Assembly: GCF_001194135.2 (NCBI RefSeq)
Contig: NC_068996.1
Coordinates: 25,273,122 to 25,337,121, forward strand
Direction of reading: 5' to 3'
Source: Octopus bimaculoides
Lineage: Eukaryota
Length of the DNA: 64,000 nt
The translations under genes were made by a program, and so were the position numbers. The notes beneath the pieces are model-generated. The model was not told the DNA's origin and searched no databases. It saw nothing but the letters and a program-made list of their open reading frames with translations. Positions 38,338-50,678 of the stretch are shown in pieces; position 1 is the stretch's first letter; each line of letters begins with the position of its first letter.

Positions 38338-41300
38338 TCAGCATACTCTGTCAGATGTAATGCTATTTATTCACATTGTTTTGAATTAATCACGCATTAT
38401 CTCATAACTGAGATTTCTGCGATGTGACAGCTGAACTAAATAAGATGTTTTTTGACCAGTTTTCCATCATATTCCATCTTTCTCCCGTACCCTGCTATTA
38501 TGCTTGTGATGTCATGAGACAACCGCAGCATAATAATTTAAGAGTGGTTTCAGAATGCTCCTAAGTTAATGATGACACTACAATATATTATACACAAGCT
38601 CCATTCATATGCAGTATCACCATGTGCTGGCATATCTTCAACTTGGGCCATAAAAATAAATAAATAAATAACCTTTCCTTATACTAAAACCAACAGTTGA
38701 CAACACTACATCCCTTTACTTCATTTACTTGTGAACAATACAGCTAAAACCATCATAAATCCCTTACAAATAGTTTACCTTGCAGTCAGTCACTAGCACC
38801 CTCTCACAATGCCCTACATAACCAAGGCTGCTCTACAGTTACTAAGCCTTTCAAAATGTCATTTCTCCTACACATTAACATTCTAGGCCACACCCAAGAA
38901 GAGATATATGCTAAGCAAGTCTTTGCTTACTAATAGACTCAGTGAGATCTCTGACTCCTCCCAAAAATTTGTTTTTCCTTGTCTTCACTTTACAACTAAC
39001 CGGTATAATATTCCCAAATTTTCTGAACATTGTCAACTTTATATTACTGTTATCACTCCCTTTTGTATGGTATGCCATACAATTTGCCCAATGTTTTTTT
39101 TTTTCTCCAGAGTCTCACATCTGTCTGGTATTTTATCTGTCTATGATTTCTTTCCATCTACTTGAAACAGTAACCCACAATTGAGCTGTCACCCATCACA
39201 CCCCTCTCTTTCTTGCTCTACCAACTTCTACAACAATTATTGCTTTTCTAAATATTATTGACTATTACACCTCATTCTTTATGACTCCTTTCTAGAACTG
39301 CTGGCAACAATAGTCACTGTTCCGGATATTGCTGTCATACTTGCATATTTCCATACAATATCTCTCTGAAAGATTCCCTCTTAGCATTATTTTCCTACAG
39401 TTACTCTAAAAAACTACCTGCTCTTACAGATACTACTTTTTTTCCCCCCAGTCACATTTGTCTAGTATTTCCTCTTGGTATATTACTTTCATCCCATAAC
39501 AGTTTATAACAAATATTAATCTTGCTAACCCTTTTCATTCCTTGTTATTCCTGGTAGTTGGAATTCACGACAGCAAATAAGCTATGGGTGCTGCCCATCT
39601 TATTCCAAAGATTTTTTTCAATATCTCAAGAGAAAAAAAAAATTATGCAGCTTGTAATTTGTTTTCATTTTAAATATGGTTTGACTATCCTAAAGGCTTA
39701 TATTTCGGATAGCAGTGAAATAGCTTCATGTGGGAATTGAAACTGGATCAACACTGGCACCATACATCACTGTTTTCTACATGCTGAACAAATATCCAAG
39801 ATCAAATTTCATATATTTTTCTAAAATATATGGTATGCAAGAAAACAAGATATATTAGTGGGTAATCAAATCTAGAATTGAACTAATGTGTGATCAAAGG
39901 GTTAACTATATACAAAGAGATCTTGATGGTATTTGCATCTGCATATAAACACCTCAGTTACTATCACTGTACAAGTCCGTAATCTTTTATTCTGGCACTG
40001 ATACTTCTGAGATTATATTAATTCTAACTTTTGTAAAGTTTCAAGTTTCATCAGATTGCAGTGCTATTTCCTCAAGACTAATTGTAGCCAAGATTTTAAT
40101 AAGGCTGATGTTTTGTTGTAGTCATATAAAAGGGTAGTAATCAATTCTGTTTGAACAAAGAGCCAAAGGTTTCAGTCCAACCAAATTCTTATTTTTTATA
40201 TCCCCTCATGTTTATTCTTCATGTGAAGCATCAACAATTTAACTCTTTTGTTATATTTCTTTTAAAATAACACTGCTGTTGCTTCAATTAATTTTGAAAA
40301 TAATGAATTTATGGGGAGAAAAAATTACCATTATTAAGCCAGTATTTGGAACATGGATTGACATGAAATTTGGATGGAAATTTTTAGCTCATTTTACAAG
40401 ATGAAGTTCCTATCCTTGAACGGGCTATGTTCTGTGCTACTTGGCATGTGTAACACTCGTGTAGTTTCTTACTGTATTTTTACATATAGATCAAACAAAT
40501 TACTTGTGTTTTGTACAAACTAGATATATTTACCATGATTATAGATCTTTTTAACATATATATTTGACCTACTGTATCTGAGACACTACATACACTATGA
40601 AACTTAATTGTCATTTCTAGCAAAGTTTCATTGTTGATCTGTCGTATTTCAGTGAAGAAATAAATCAATATTATCAGTAGTATTCTCTATTCATATCTAA
40701 GAATAGGTGGGTGTGTGCAATATACATAGACACATATTTGCAGGACTGAAATAAATATGAATATTACAAAGTCTAGCTGTAAGAGGAATGCAAATGTAAA
40801 CCTGTTCTTTCTCTGCTCTTGATGTGTGGAAAAAGTGTGAAGGAACCTTCCAATGGACTGTTTCATGGAGACTCACCCTCCTTTTTTTCCCCCCATATAT
40901 TAAAAAGCATTGTAGTAATGTTTTTACAGTTCTTATTTCTCTTGTAGCTTGGTATTGTAATATTCAGATTTATTCCACTTCTGATTCATGCTGTGTTGTA
41001 CGTAAAGTTTACACTTTTTAATTAATGACAACCTGTCAAAAGCACAGATATGAAAACTAGTCTATCCATTATGGCGATGGCTTAATTTACGACAGCTCCA
41101 TACAGCTACTGAAACACTGTTCCATTTGAGTTCATGAAATTGAACATGTGACATATAATGAATTGTGATTTTAGCACGAAGACAGGAGTAGTTAGTTGAA
41201 TACATTGACATTGATACTGGACTGATATTTAATTTTATCAATCCCAAAAGGATGTATGGCTAAGTTGACCTTGTTGGATTTGAATTCAGAACATAAAGGG

Positions 41301-41480
41301 CTGGAACAACTACCACAAATAATTTTACCTTGGGTATTTTGAGTAGAATTGCAGAACAGTGGAATAGCTTGCTGGGAGTTTATAACTACTTAGTAGCACA
41401 GAAACCTAACCATTATGTGTGTCAGTGTATATGTTTCTGAGTAGGTATCTGTGTATTTTGACAGATACAGATATAGCGAG

Positions 41481-41502
41481 CACACACGCGTGCGCGCGCG
41501 CG

Positions 41503-41548
<46 letters not shown>
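41481..41548. repeat. Alternating pyrimidine-purine tract with a (CG)n core and (CA)n tail
   Basis: CACACACGCGTGCGCGCGCGCGCACGCACACA... is uninterrupted YR alternation. Confidence 0.9.
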
Positions 41549-41549
<1 letters not shown>

Positions 41550-41914
41550 CTCCAAAAAATATAAATTTAAAACTGACTTTAAACATCTGTATCTAAATTA
41601 AAGCCTATAAGAAATGCAAGTAATTGTATTTTTTAAATAGCGTAGTATTTGGTGTAGATTAAGATATTTTCAAAGCTATAAATGTTTATAGATTGCAATA
41701 AAAATCTAGGATTGTATCATTGACTGAAAGCTTATTTCTAAATATATTAATGTCCAAATTTTTTTTTGTTTTTGCTTTTCATCCTTCCAAGATTGATAAA
41801 ATAAACACCAAGTCAATATAATTGACTGATCTTTTCTCAAAATTTGTAGTTATTTTAATATTTCAGAAACTACTGAAGTCAGCAAGTTCAGATGCTTTTA
41901 TTTTAACATTTAAA

Positions 41915-42163
41915 AGGTGCAGGCATGGTTATGTGGTTAAGAAGTTTGCTTTACAACCATATGGTTTCAGGTTCTGCCCACTGTGTGACACTTTGGGCAA
42001 GTGTCTTCTAACCATAGTGCCGAACTGACCAATGCTTTGTAAGTGAATTTGGTTTGTCAATATTGCAGTGACTTAGCAGTTCAGCAAAAATGACTAAGAG
42101 GATAAGCATTGGGTTTGATTTATTTGAATAAACCATTTGAAGTGGTACCCCTGCATGGCTGCA
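41915..42163 (+). mobile_element. SINE family A copy with an internal deletion
   Basis: Head AGGTGCAGGCATGGTTATGTGGTTAAGAAG, CORE-like TTTGGGCAAGTGTCTTCT, tail GCATGGCTGCA. Confidence 0.8.
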
Positions 42164-42170
42164 TATTTAC

Positions 42171-42545
42171 CTTTTACTTATTTCACTCATTAGACTGCAA
42201 CCATGCTGAGACACTGCCTTGAAGAATTTTTTACTCAAATGAATCAACCCCAGTACTTGATTTTTTTTTCTTTCAAAGTCTGGTTTTTGTTTTCTTGGTC
42301 CCTTTTACTAAACTGTTAAGTAATGGGGATGTAAACACAGCAGAACAGGTTGTCAAGTGGTGGTAGGGCACAAACACACAAACACACACACATATGACTG
42401 TCTTCTTTCAGTTTCCATCTACCAAATCCATTCACAAGGCTTTGGTCAGCCTGAAGCTATGATAGAAGACACTTGCCCAAGGTGCCACACAGTGGGACTG
42501 AACCTGGAACCATGTCATTGGGAAGCAAGCTTCTTACCACACACA
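42171..42545 (-). mobile_element. Full-length SINE family A copy, tail type 1
   Basis: Reverse complement of the 6659 element from the tail (CTTTTACTTATTTCACTCATT) to the head (GCTTCTTACCACAC). Confidence 0.85.
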
Positions 42546-44448
42546 CACAACCTACCCATCTAGTCAACAAGGTGGCAACATCAGAAGGCCACAACAATGT
42601 AGAGTGCATTGTTAGTAGTGATGTATAACATCTGACAGGCTGATTGATAGTCACACACACACACACACACCCACGCACGTTATATATTTGTAATTAAGAA
42701 GTTTGGAGTGAAACCAGATTTGTGGTAGGAATGCATTAGGCCAAACAATTGGTTGTGAAAAGCCCATCGTGTTTGTGTGCTTTCCACATGAGCAAGAAAA
42801 ATGTGTGGTATGGTTCTATAATGTAGTTCAACTCTCAAAGTTAAGCGTTGTCCAGTGTAAATTTTACCTGTGTCCACTTTTCCATGCTTGTATGTGTCAG
42901 ATGCCTTTTCTGTCACCAACCCTCACCTGTTTCCAAGCAAGACAGTGTTTCCCTATAGTCAGTCTTGTTTTCATAGAAAACTGGAAATGAGAAACATTGG
43001 TTGTATGGTGGTGAAACTCTTTTATCTCTATTGCATAATGTTAGCACAAGGAAAGCTGAACACACACATTCACAGTTTCTTTCAGCTTCTGTGTATCAAA
43101 TCCCTTCTTAAGGTTTTGGTCAGGCTGATGCTTTAGTAGGACTCTTGGTTAAAGTGCCATGCAGTGGGACTGAACCAGAAACCATGTAGTTGAGAAGAAA
43201 ACTTCTTGATCTTGTAACCATACCTCTACCTATATATACAGTGTGTAGTGTGTTTATGTATTTATTGTATACATACATGTGTTTATGTGTATATTGTACA
43301 CGTATGTGTTTATATATTGTATACATACACGTGTGTTTATCTTTATGTATATGCATCTATTGGGTGCAGTGTGTATTGTGTAGTATTTTAGGTGACTAGT
43401 GAGAGTGGAGGGAGTTGTAGCTATTTATTGTCCTTAAATTATGGGCTTCTCATGAGGCTTCTCACAAATTAGAAATTAGAAATGTACCCATTACAAGCTA
43501 CTGTATATTTTTGAAATTTCACATGATTTTGTTTTATTATTTTCTGCTACCATAAACTGTCAATGTTATCTAGGACATCTCAGGAAGTAAATAATAATAC
43601 ATGAATTTTTTTCATTTTTATTATTAATCAAGTATTATGTACAAGCCTCTAAATTCATATATACCAAATATTCATTAAAAATAATAGCTCTGTGTACATG
43701 TATTGTACTATGGGACCTTACATAAAGTTGACTGAATTAAGAACCAATGAAATTACAAAGTTAAAAGCTAGTGGAATTTTCCGGGTTCAGAACCACTGAA
43801 ATTAATTGATTTTTCTTTTCATTAGATATTAAAGGGATATTAAAGTAACTTTAAGAATATAAATATGTATTGACATTAATCTATTTCAAAGTTTCTTTTG
43901 CATCATACTTTTCATTTGATTTTTTTGTCTTGAAATCTAACTCTGTCTTCTTCTGTCTTACACATTTATCTCAGTTATAATAGATCAATTACTGAAGATG
44001 AGCATTGTACATTCTAAATACAAACATGTCTAGGGAGGTTTAAGTCCTCAAAATTAAGCAAAGAAGCTATCCCCAATAAGACTGACTGGTCTTATTCAAG
44101 TGAGCAATAGACAATGTAGAATGGCATGGAGCTTATCTTTAAAACTAATTGGTGAAAGTAACAGTGTTGATTTTATTCAACTTTCTCATCAAAGCCTGTT
44201 CTACTTGGTTGGTAAGTCTGAGTTGACATTCACAATCCTAGTTACTACATTACTTCTTTCTTTCTCTATGTCTCTGTATTTAAAAAAAAGTTTATTTCAC
44301 AACCACATGACCCCTGATTCAGTCCCACTGTGTAGTACCTTTGGAAAGTGTCAAACTGAACTGGAACGACCACTACCTTGTGAGTGAATTGGTCAGACAG
44401 AAACTGTATAGAGCCTCTCTTTTCTCTCTCTCATACGGTGTGTGTGTT

Positions 44449-44495
<47 letters not shown>

Positions 44496-45770
44496 TTGCC
44501 ATCTGGGAATATAGTTCTGTGAAGAGGTTAAATAACATTGAAGCATGTCTCCTGCTGCTACTGGTTACTTGCTTTTAGATTTTGAACACTCCCCTTACTG
44601 AGATTCTTCTCTCCTACTTCTGTGGATACATTCAGTTGAAAGTTTTTTAGCTCACTATATTACATAAGATCCCATTGTATATATAGATTATTTCATGTTG
44701 TAGACAGAAAGGATATGTTTATCTTTTGTTGTGATAATTCAGAAGACATATGCATATATCATAAGGATGAGGAACCTGATCAGTAAATATTGAGTTGAAT
44801 AAGAATTTGTTTCCAAAATTTTTACTAATTTTATTTTCGTCCTCCTTATCCTTCCTCATGTAAACCTCATCTGCCATCTTAAACAAGACTCTCAAATAGG
44901 CTTCAGTGGAGTTTGAAAACTTAGTTTCTTTCAACAACAGTTTGCCATATTTGTTTGTATCAAAGAAATATTCTTGCACATGAATGGAAGTAAAACTGTC
45001 AGACGTTAGAGATGTTTAGGTCTTTCTCTCTTTGATTTGTGAAAGCCTTACATGTGTTAGCAAAACTGTAATTCCTTAAGACCAGAAAATATTATTTGAG
45101 TACTAACTGTTACTAACTTACTACAAGGCTCAGGCTAAGGTAAGACTTCCATTGAAATACTGCCTGCATCTACTGGTCACTGCTGTTGCTTCTCTCTCTC
45201 CCCTCCCCTCCNNNNNNNNNNNNNNNNNNNNNNNNNNNCTCTCTCCCCCCTCTCTCACACATTTTAGACTACTGATAAAAGATAGCCACTCAACAAAGAT
45301 TGGTGAAGATTCAATTACTGACATACTAAATCAATGTAAACAAGCCATATCGTGCATCCTACACTCTTCTAAAAATATACTTCTAGTTATACTATTTGCA
45401 AACCAAAAAAATATTGATGGTGATGTTCTAGAAAGTTTTTGGTTGTAGATTTGCTTGATCAAAGCTGACTTGTGGCTATTCTGCTACAGCTCCATTTACC
45501 TCCCAACTCACTAGCTGCACATTTTTTTTCACTCAAAAACCATAGTGTGTCTATTCCTGTCATCCTTAGATCTACCCTACTCACCAAACATTCAGTCCAA
45601 TTGCCTGGAATTTACCTGTCCAACCTTTATATTTTTTTTAAAGCCTCCATACATACATTTACTTGCAGATGTTCAAACTGAATGCTAATAACGTTCATCT
45701 CAACAGTTTGAAAATTTGCAACAATCATGGGCATTGTTGTGCCACCATCTTGTCAACTCGTATATAATAC

Positions 45771-46092
45771 CTTTTTACTTGTTTCAGTTATTGAACTGTG
45801 ACTATGCTCAGGCATCCCCTTGAAGAGTTTAGATATTTTAAAGTCTAGCACTTACTCTGTGGGTCCCTTTTGCCAAACCTATAAATATAGTGACATAAAC
45901 AAATCCATATCAGTTTTCAAGTGATGGTAGGGGTACACAACACACACGTTTTTTTTGGAATAATGATTGTTGAAGCACATCATATACAGCTACCAAATCC
46001 ACTCAGAAGGAATTGGTTGGCCCAGTAGAAGACAATTGCACATTGGGACTGAACCCAAGACCACATGTTTGTGGAGCAAGCTTCTTAGACAA
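45771..46092 (-). mobile_element. Diverged SINE family A copy, tail type 1
   Basis: TTTTACTTGTTTCAGTTATTG...TGGGACTGAACCCAAGACCACATG. Confidence 0.75.
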
Positions 46093-47435
46093 CCAAACCT
46101 GCTTTTATTTCCACAAACGTATTCAAAATTGGATACCTCTGGGGTGAGGGCAAACAAGATATCATTAAGAAAAGATGTGGTTGTGTGTGCTATACAATAG
46201 TTTTACTAGTATACCACTTGTAAAATCCAGGTTTATTACTATCTTTCAGTAATTCTTAATCTTCCTGCTTCAAGCTAGTTCTCTCTTTCCTTTCTACTCT
46301 GTCAATCCCCTGCTTATCTGTTTATTTGTCTTATCTATCTCTATAACACTTTCTTTCTCTGTCTTAGAACTTACTCAGCACAACCACTGGTTTCCCCATC
46401 TCCATGATGGTAGGAAGCTTTCAAAAGAGCTGAACAGTAGGAGGCGTGACATGAAGATTAAATGCAGCAAACAAAAAGGAAATGTGCATGACTTTGTGTG
46501 TGTGTCTGTATCTGTCTGTGTGTAACACTTGAAAAATAACATAATTAAAAAAAGTGTTTAATTTGGTTGTGTTTTATGCAAGAATTATATAGGTGGATGC
46601 TGTTGAGGTGCCATCATTAAAATTAAGGAAGTCGATACTGATGTAAGTTGTGAACTTTATGCTATTGTAGCTAAAATAACAGGCAGCAAAGTTTGAAAGT
46701 GTAAATGTTTGTCATTATTTTGATTACATTAGATTATATACACCACAATATTAACTTAGAAATTTACTCACACTCTTTGTCAACAGCATATAAAGGCATA
46801 ATTAAGGGAGGAAACTTATGGAGGATTATAATATTTATTGTTTAATATAGAGACAGGAAAAATGTTTTTGTCTCTGACGTTTAATTTGAGAACAACATTG
46901 GTGAGAAGAATATGAAAGTGTGGGAGTCTTTTTTTTTCTATTGATATTGAGCAAATTGTCCCAAATGTTTGGGACAAATAAACATCCCCTTTTTTTAAAT
47001 GGTTGTTTGTGTGTTACAATTTTTAGTAGGACATTTTGAAGTTTAACATTACAGGATTGTGGATTTAGTTCAGTTACCTAAAATTTACACTACAAAATAC
47101 AATTTTTTACAAGTATACGAATTTCTAATAAGTCAACATTGTGTTAGTATACTAAAATGTACATTTTTCGTAATCATTTATAATAACTGAATGAATGAAT
47201 GAATGAACATGTGAGAAAGGTACATTTCAAATTTGTGTACAAATAAGCAGCAGGATGTAACTAGTACCTATGATTTAAAAATTGAAAAGAATTTGAAATT
47301 TGAGCAGATATTCACAACTATCTTTTGATCTTGGTCTCTCTTAATATATGTGTATGTATGTATGTATTTCTATTTCTATATATAGCTCTCTCTCTCTCTC
47401 TCTCTTTTTCTCTCTCTCTCTCTCTCTTTCTCTCT

Positions 47436-47474
<39 letters not shown>

Positions 47475-47896
47475 AAATGAGATGAAATGAAATTATTTGA
47501 ATTGCTGGATTGTTTCATGAAAAGTTCATAAAGTATTTTTCAGCCTTCACAGACTGTTGTGTTTGAAGTATATTTAAGCAAAAACAGTTATTTGCAANNN
47601 NNNNNNNNNNNNNNNNNNNNNNNNNNNNNNNNNNNNNNNNNNNNNNNNNNNNNNNNNNNNNNNNNNNNNNNNNNNNNNNNNNNNNNNNNNNNNNNNNNNN
47701 NNNNNNNNNNNNNNNNNNNNNNNNNNNNNNNNNNNNNNNNNNNNNNNNNNNNNNNNNNNNNNNNNNNNNNNNNNNNNNNNNNNNNNNNNNNNNNNNNNNN
47801 NNNNNNNNNNNNNNNNNNNNNNNNNNNNNNNNNNNNNNNNNNNNNNNNNNNNNNNNNNNNNNNNNNNNNNNNNNNNNNNNNNNNNNNNNNNNNNNN

Positions 47897-49099
47897 TTCT
47901 TTTTTAATCTAAAATATACTCTCCTTCATTTTCTGCAATGCTCTTCCATCTATCTGGTAGACTTATAAGGCCCCTTTTCCAAAATTCACTTGCCCATGAT
48001 GAAAAATACTCCTCCAGTACTGTTCTGACCTCGTCTACGGAATTCATATTTTTTCCATCCAAATGATTTTGAAGACTGCGGAATAAATGATAATCAGATG
48101 GGGGAAATGTCCAGGAAATATGGTGGGTGGGGCATTGTTTCCCATTCAAACTGCTCCAGCCTTTAGAATGTCATTCTCACTGTATGTGGCCAAACATTAT
48201 CCTGATGGAAGAACATCTTTCGTCTTGAAACCAAAGATGGTCGTTTTTCTTCTAGCACTGAGTTAAGTTGTTCAAGCTGCTCACAATAGACCTCCTTTGT
48301 TATCATTTGGTTTGGGTTTAATAGTTCAAAGTGGACTAAACTTTTCATATCCCACCAAACAGATAACAACACTTCACGTGAGTGAAAACCTTCTTTAGCC
48401 TGGAGTGCCAGTGTTTCTCTTTTTCCTATCCACTCTCTTCAGTGTTTGACATTTTTATAGAGGACCCATTTCTCATCATCAATCACTATTCAGTCCAAAA
48501 ATCGTTCATTCAGATGTGACAGCAAAGAAAAGCACACATTTACTCTCTGCTCTTGATTAGACTCAGAAAGTTTGTGAGAGACCCACTGACCCAATTTGCT
48601 AACTTTTCTGATGGTATGCATGTGTCGATGAATGGTTGAATGAGCAAATCTAAGCTTCTTTGCTAGTTCCTCAACAGTTATGATGGGATTTTGTTCCAAT
48701 AGATATTGCAAGACGTCCTCGTTGAGCTCTACAGATCTTCCGTGACGAGGCTCATCTTCTACGCTGCTGTATCTGGCTCAGAATTTCTGGAACCACTTTT
48801 GACTCTGGCCTACACTTATTGTCCAATCCCCATATACTGCATTAATATTCTGTGCACTTTCCGTTGTGTTGTTGTTCTTATTGAACTCATAAAGCAAAAT
48901 ATGCTGAATATGCTCTTTTGTCACTTCCATTATAGCTTTGAAAAAATAACTGTTAGACTCGAACTGCACTAAGAATAAGTACAAGATAAAATTACTACCT
49001 GGTTTTATAGCAAGTTGATGCAGGTAGTTTATCCTGTTCCCCCTCCAACTTTTAGTTCATGCAGTTGAAAAAAACCGCATTATTTATGGGATGATCCAA
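47897..49099 (-). mobile_element. Decayed mariner (DD34D) DNA transposon; the right end lies in the assembly gap
   Basis: Minus-strand transposase 48930 to 47904 carries HTH-like HILLYEF...WFQKF, GQWVSHKL, IDDEKW, VWWD, HQDN and HPPYFLDISPSDYHLF. The second and third catalytic Asp are 34 residues apart after correcting one +1 frameshift. There are four in-frame stops. TIR-like end TTGGATCATCCCATAAATAATGCGGTTTT (49099 down to ~49071) is flanked by TA. Confidence 0.93.
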
Positions 49100-49353
49100 T
49101 ATATATATGTGTGTGTGTATGACTATTCATCATCGCTATTTTATCTTTCATAATTCCATGCTTGCATTGGGTTTGACAATTCCTTGAAGCAGATTTTCTA
49201 AGGCTAGATATCTTTCCTGTCACTGGCCACCACCTCTTTCCAAGTAAATTCATTCCTCCTCATAGTTGGATGTATTTCCATGAAAAATTAGGAACAAAAG
49301 TCATTGCTTGTATGGCAATGACAGTGGTTTATAACTCTTGTGCAATGCCAATT

Positions 49354-49391
<38 letters not shown>

Positions 49392-49597
49392 TCTTTCTCT
49401 CTCTCTTTTACTTCCACTTTCCGTCTACCATATCCCCTATCCCCTCAGGTTTTGAAGGAAGGTCGTTGCCTATGGCCCTTAATATGGTGTCAAAAACTGA
49501 TGGGAAGTATAAGAGAGAAAGCTAGCCTCAGCTGGAGACCTGGCCTGAATTCTTGCAGAGTGGACTTATTAAAGACACCCATGATGGTCTTTGTTTT

Positions 49598-49602
<5 letters not shown>

Positions 49603-49654
<52 letters not shown>
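49603..49654. repeat. (CA)n microsatellite
   Basis: Direct reading. Confidence 0.95.
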
Positions 49655-49660
<6 letters not shown>

Positions 49661-50371
49661 AATGTGTGTGTGAATGTATATGAATGACCTATCAGTGTTG
49701 TATATTGAGAACAAATAGGATGACCAAAAATTATAATGGGAGACTATGGATATCTTCTGCTAATCTGTTGGTTGGTACTTGCTGGCATCTAATTTTTTAA
49801 TAACTTTGGTAGTATTTAACCTTGTTGGTGAGAAATATATATTCTGTTTCTACACCAAAAAGTCATGTTAACAATTCACACTGGATTTGAAGCTGTACTT
49901 TAGTTGCAATTCTTCATATGAGAATGTAACATGATTTAAATTATCTTGAGAATGTGAATAATTTCAGTTAGTTGTGAGCTAGTCACATGTTTATTGTAAT
50001 AGAGGATGCTTTAGTAACACAGATATGTAATGTGAGAATAGTTGTTATTTAGCTCCAGTCAGTCAATCGGGTTGGCTTATACATAGAAGACAAGCCCATC
50101 ATGACCTTACTGTCTTTTTAGAATAAGTCTAGGACTACATTATCTGTCTTTCCTGTATTAAGGTATTGAAATGTGCTTTGAGAAGATTTGGTTGTTTTTT
50201 TTTCTAGCAGGTCATGCATCAATATAGAGATTCCAGTGCTGTATCTTCTTGTGGAGTAAACTGTTTAGCTCCAGATCAGCCTTCACTGAGCAGATCAGTT
50301 ACCACTGCCAGACATGATGCATCTAAAATTATATTGTCCAAGGTGTCTTTCTTTTTCTTTTTGTAAGACAT

Positions 50372-50678
50372 AGGTGCGGGCATGGTCATGTGGTAAGAAG
50401 TTTGGTTCCCAACCACATGGTTCTGGCTTCAGTCCCACTGTTTGGCATGTTGGGCAAGTGTGTGTCTCTGTCTGTCCCCACCAGCACTTGACAACTGGTG
50501 TTGGTGTGTTTACAGCTAAGTGAATTGCTAAGTTAAATCTTAGCAGCTCACAAAAGAAACAGATAAAATATCAGGCTTAAAAAAATAATAATGATAGGGT
50601 TGATTCATTTGATTAAAACTCTTCAAAGTGGTGCCCCAGTATGGCCACAGTCTAATGACTGAAACAAACTTGTAAAAG
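50372..50678 (+). mobile_element. SINE family A copy, tail type 1
   Basis: Head AGGTGCGGGCATGGTCATGTGGTAAGAAG, TTCAGTCCCACTG, tail GCCCCAGTATGGCCACAGTCTAATGACTGAAACAA. Confidence 0.8.

Noticed and set aside
44195-44211. 17-nt candidate exon with a GTAAGT donor
   Set aside because: Needs a rare AAG acceptor and shifts the frame.
48919-48930. Mariner transposase starts MEVT, like the KLC MEVTQ exon
   Set aside because: Four-residue coincidence with no further similarity, on the opposite strand.
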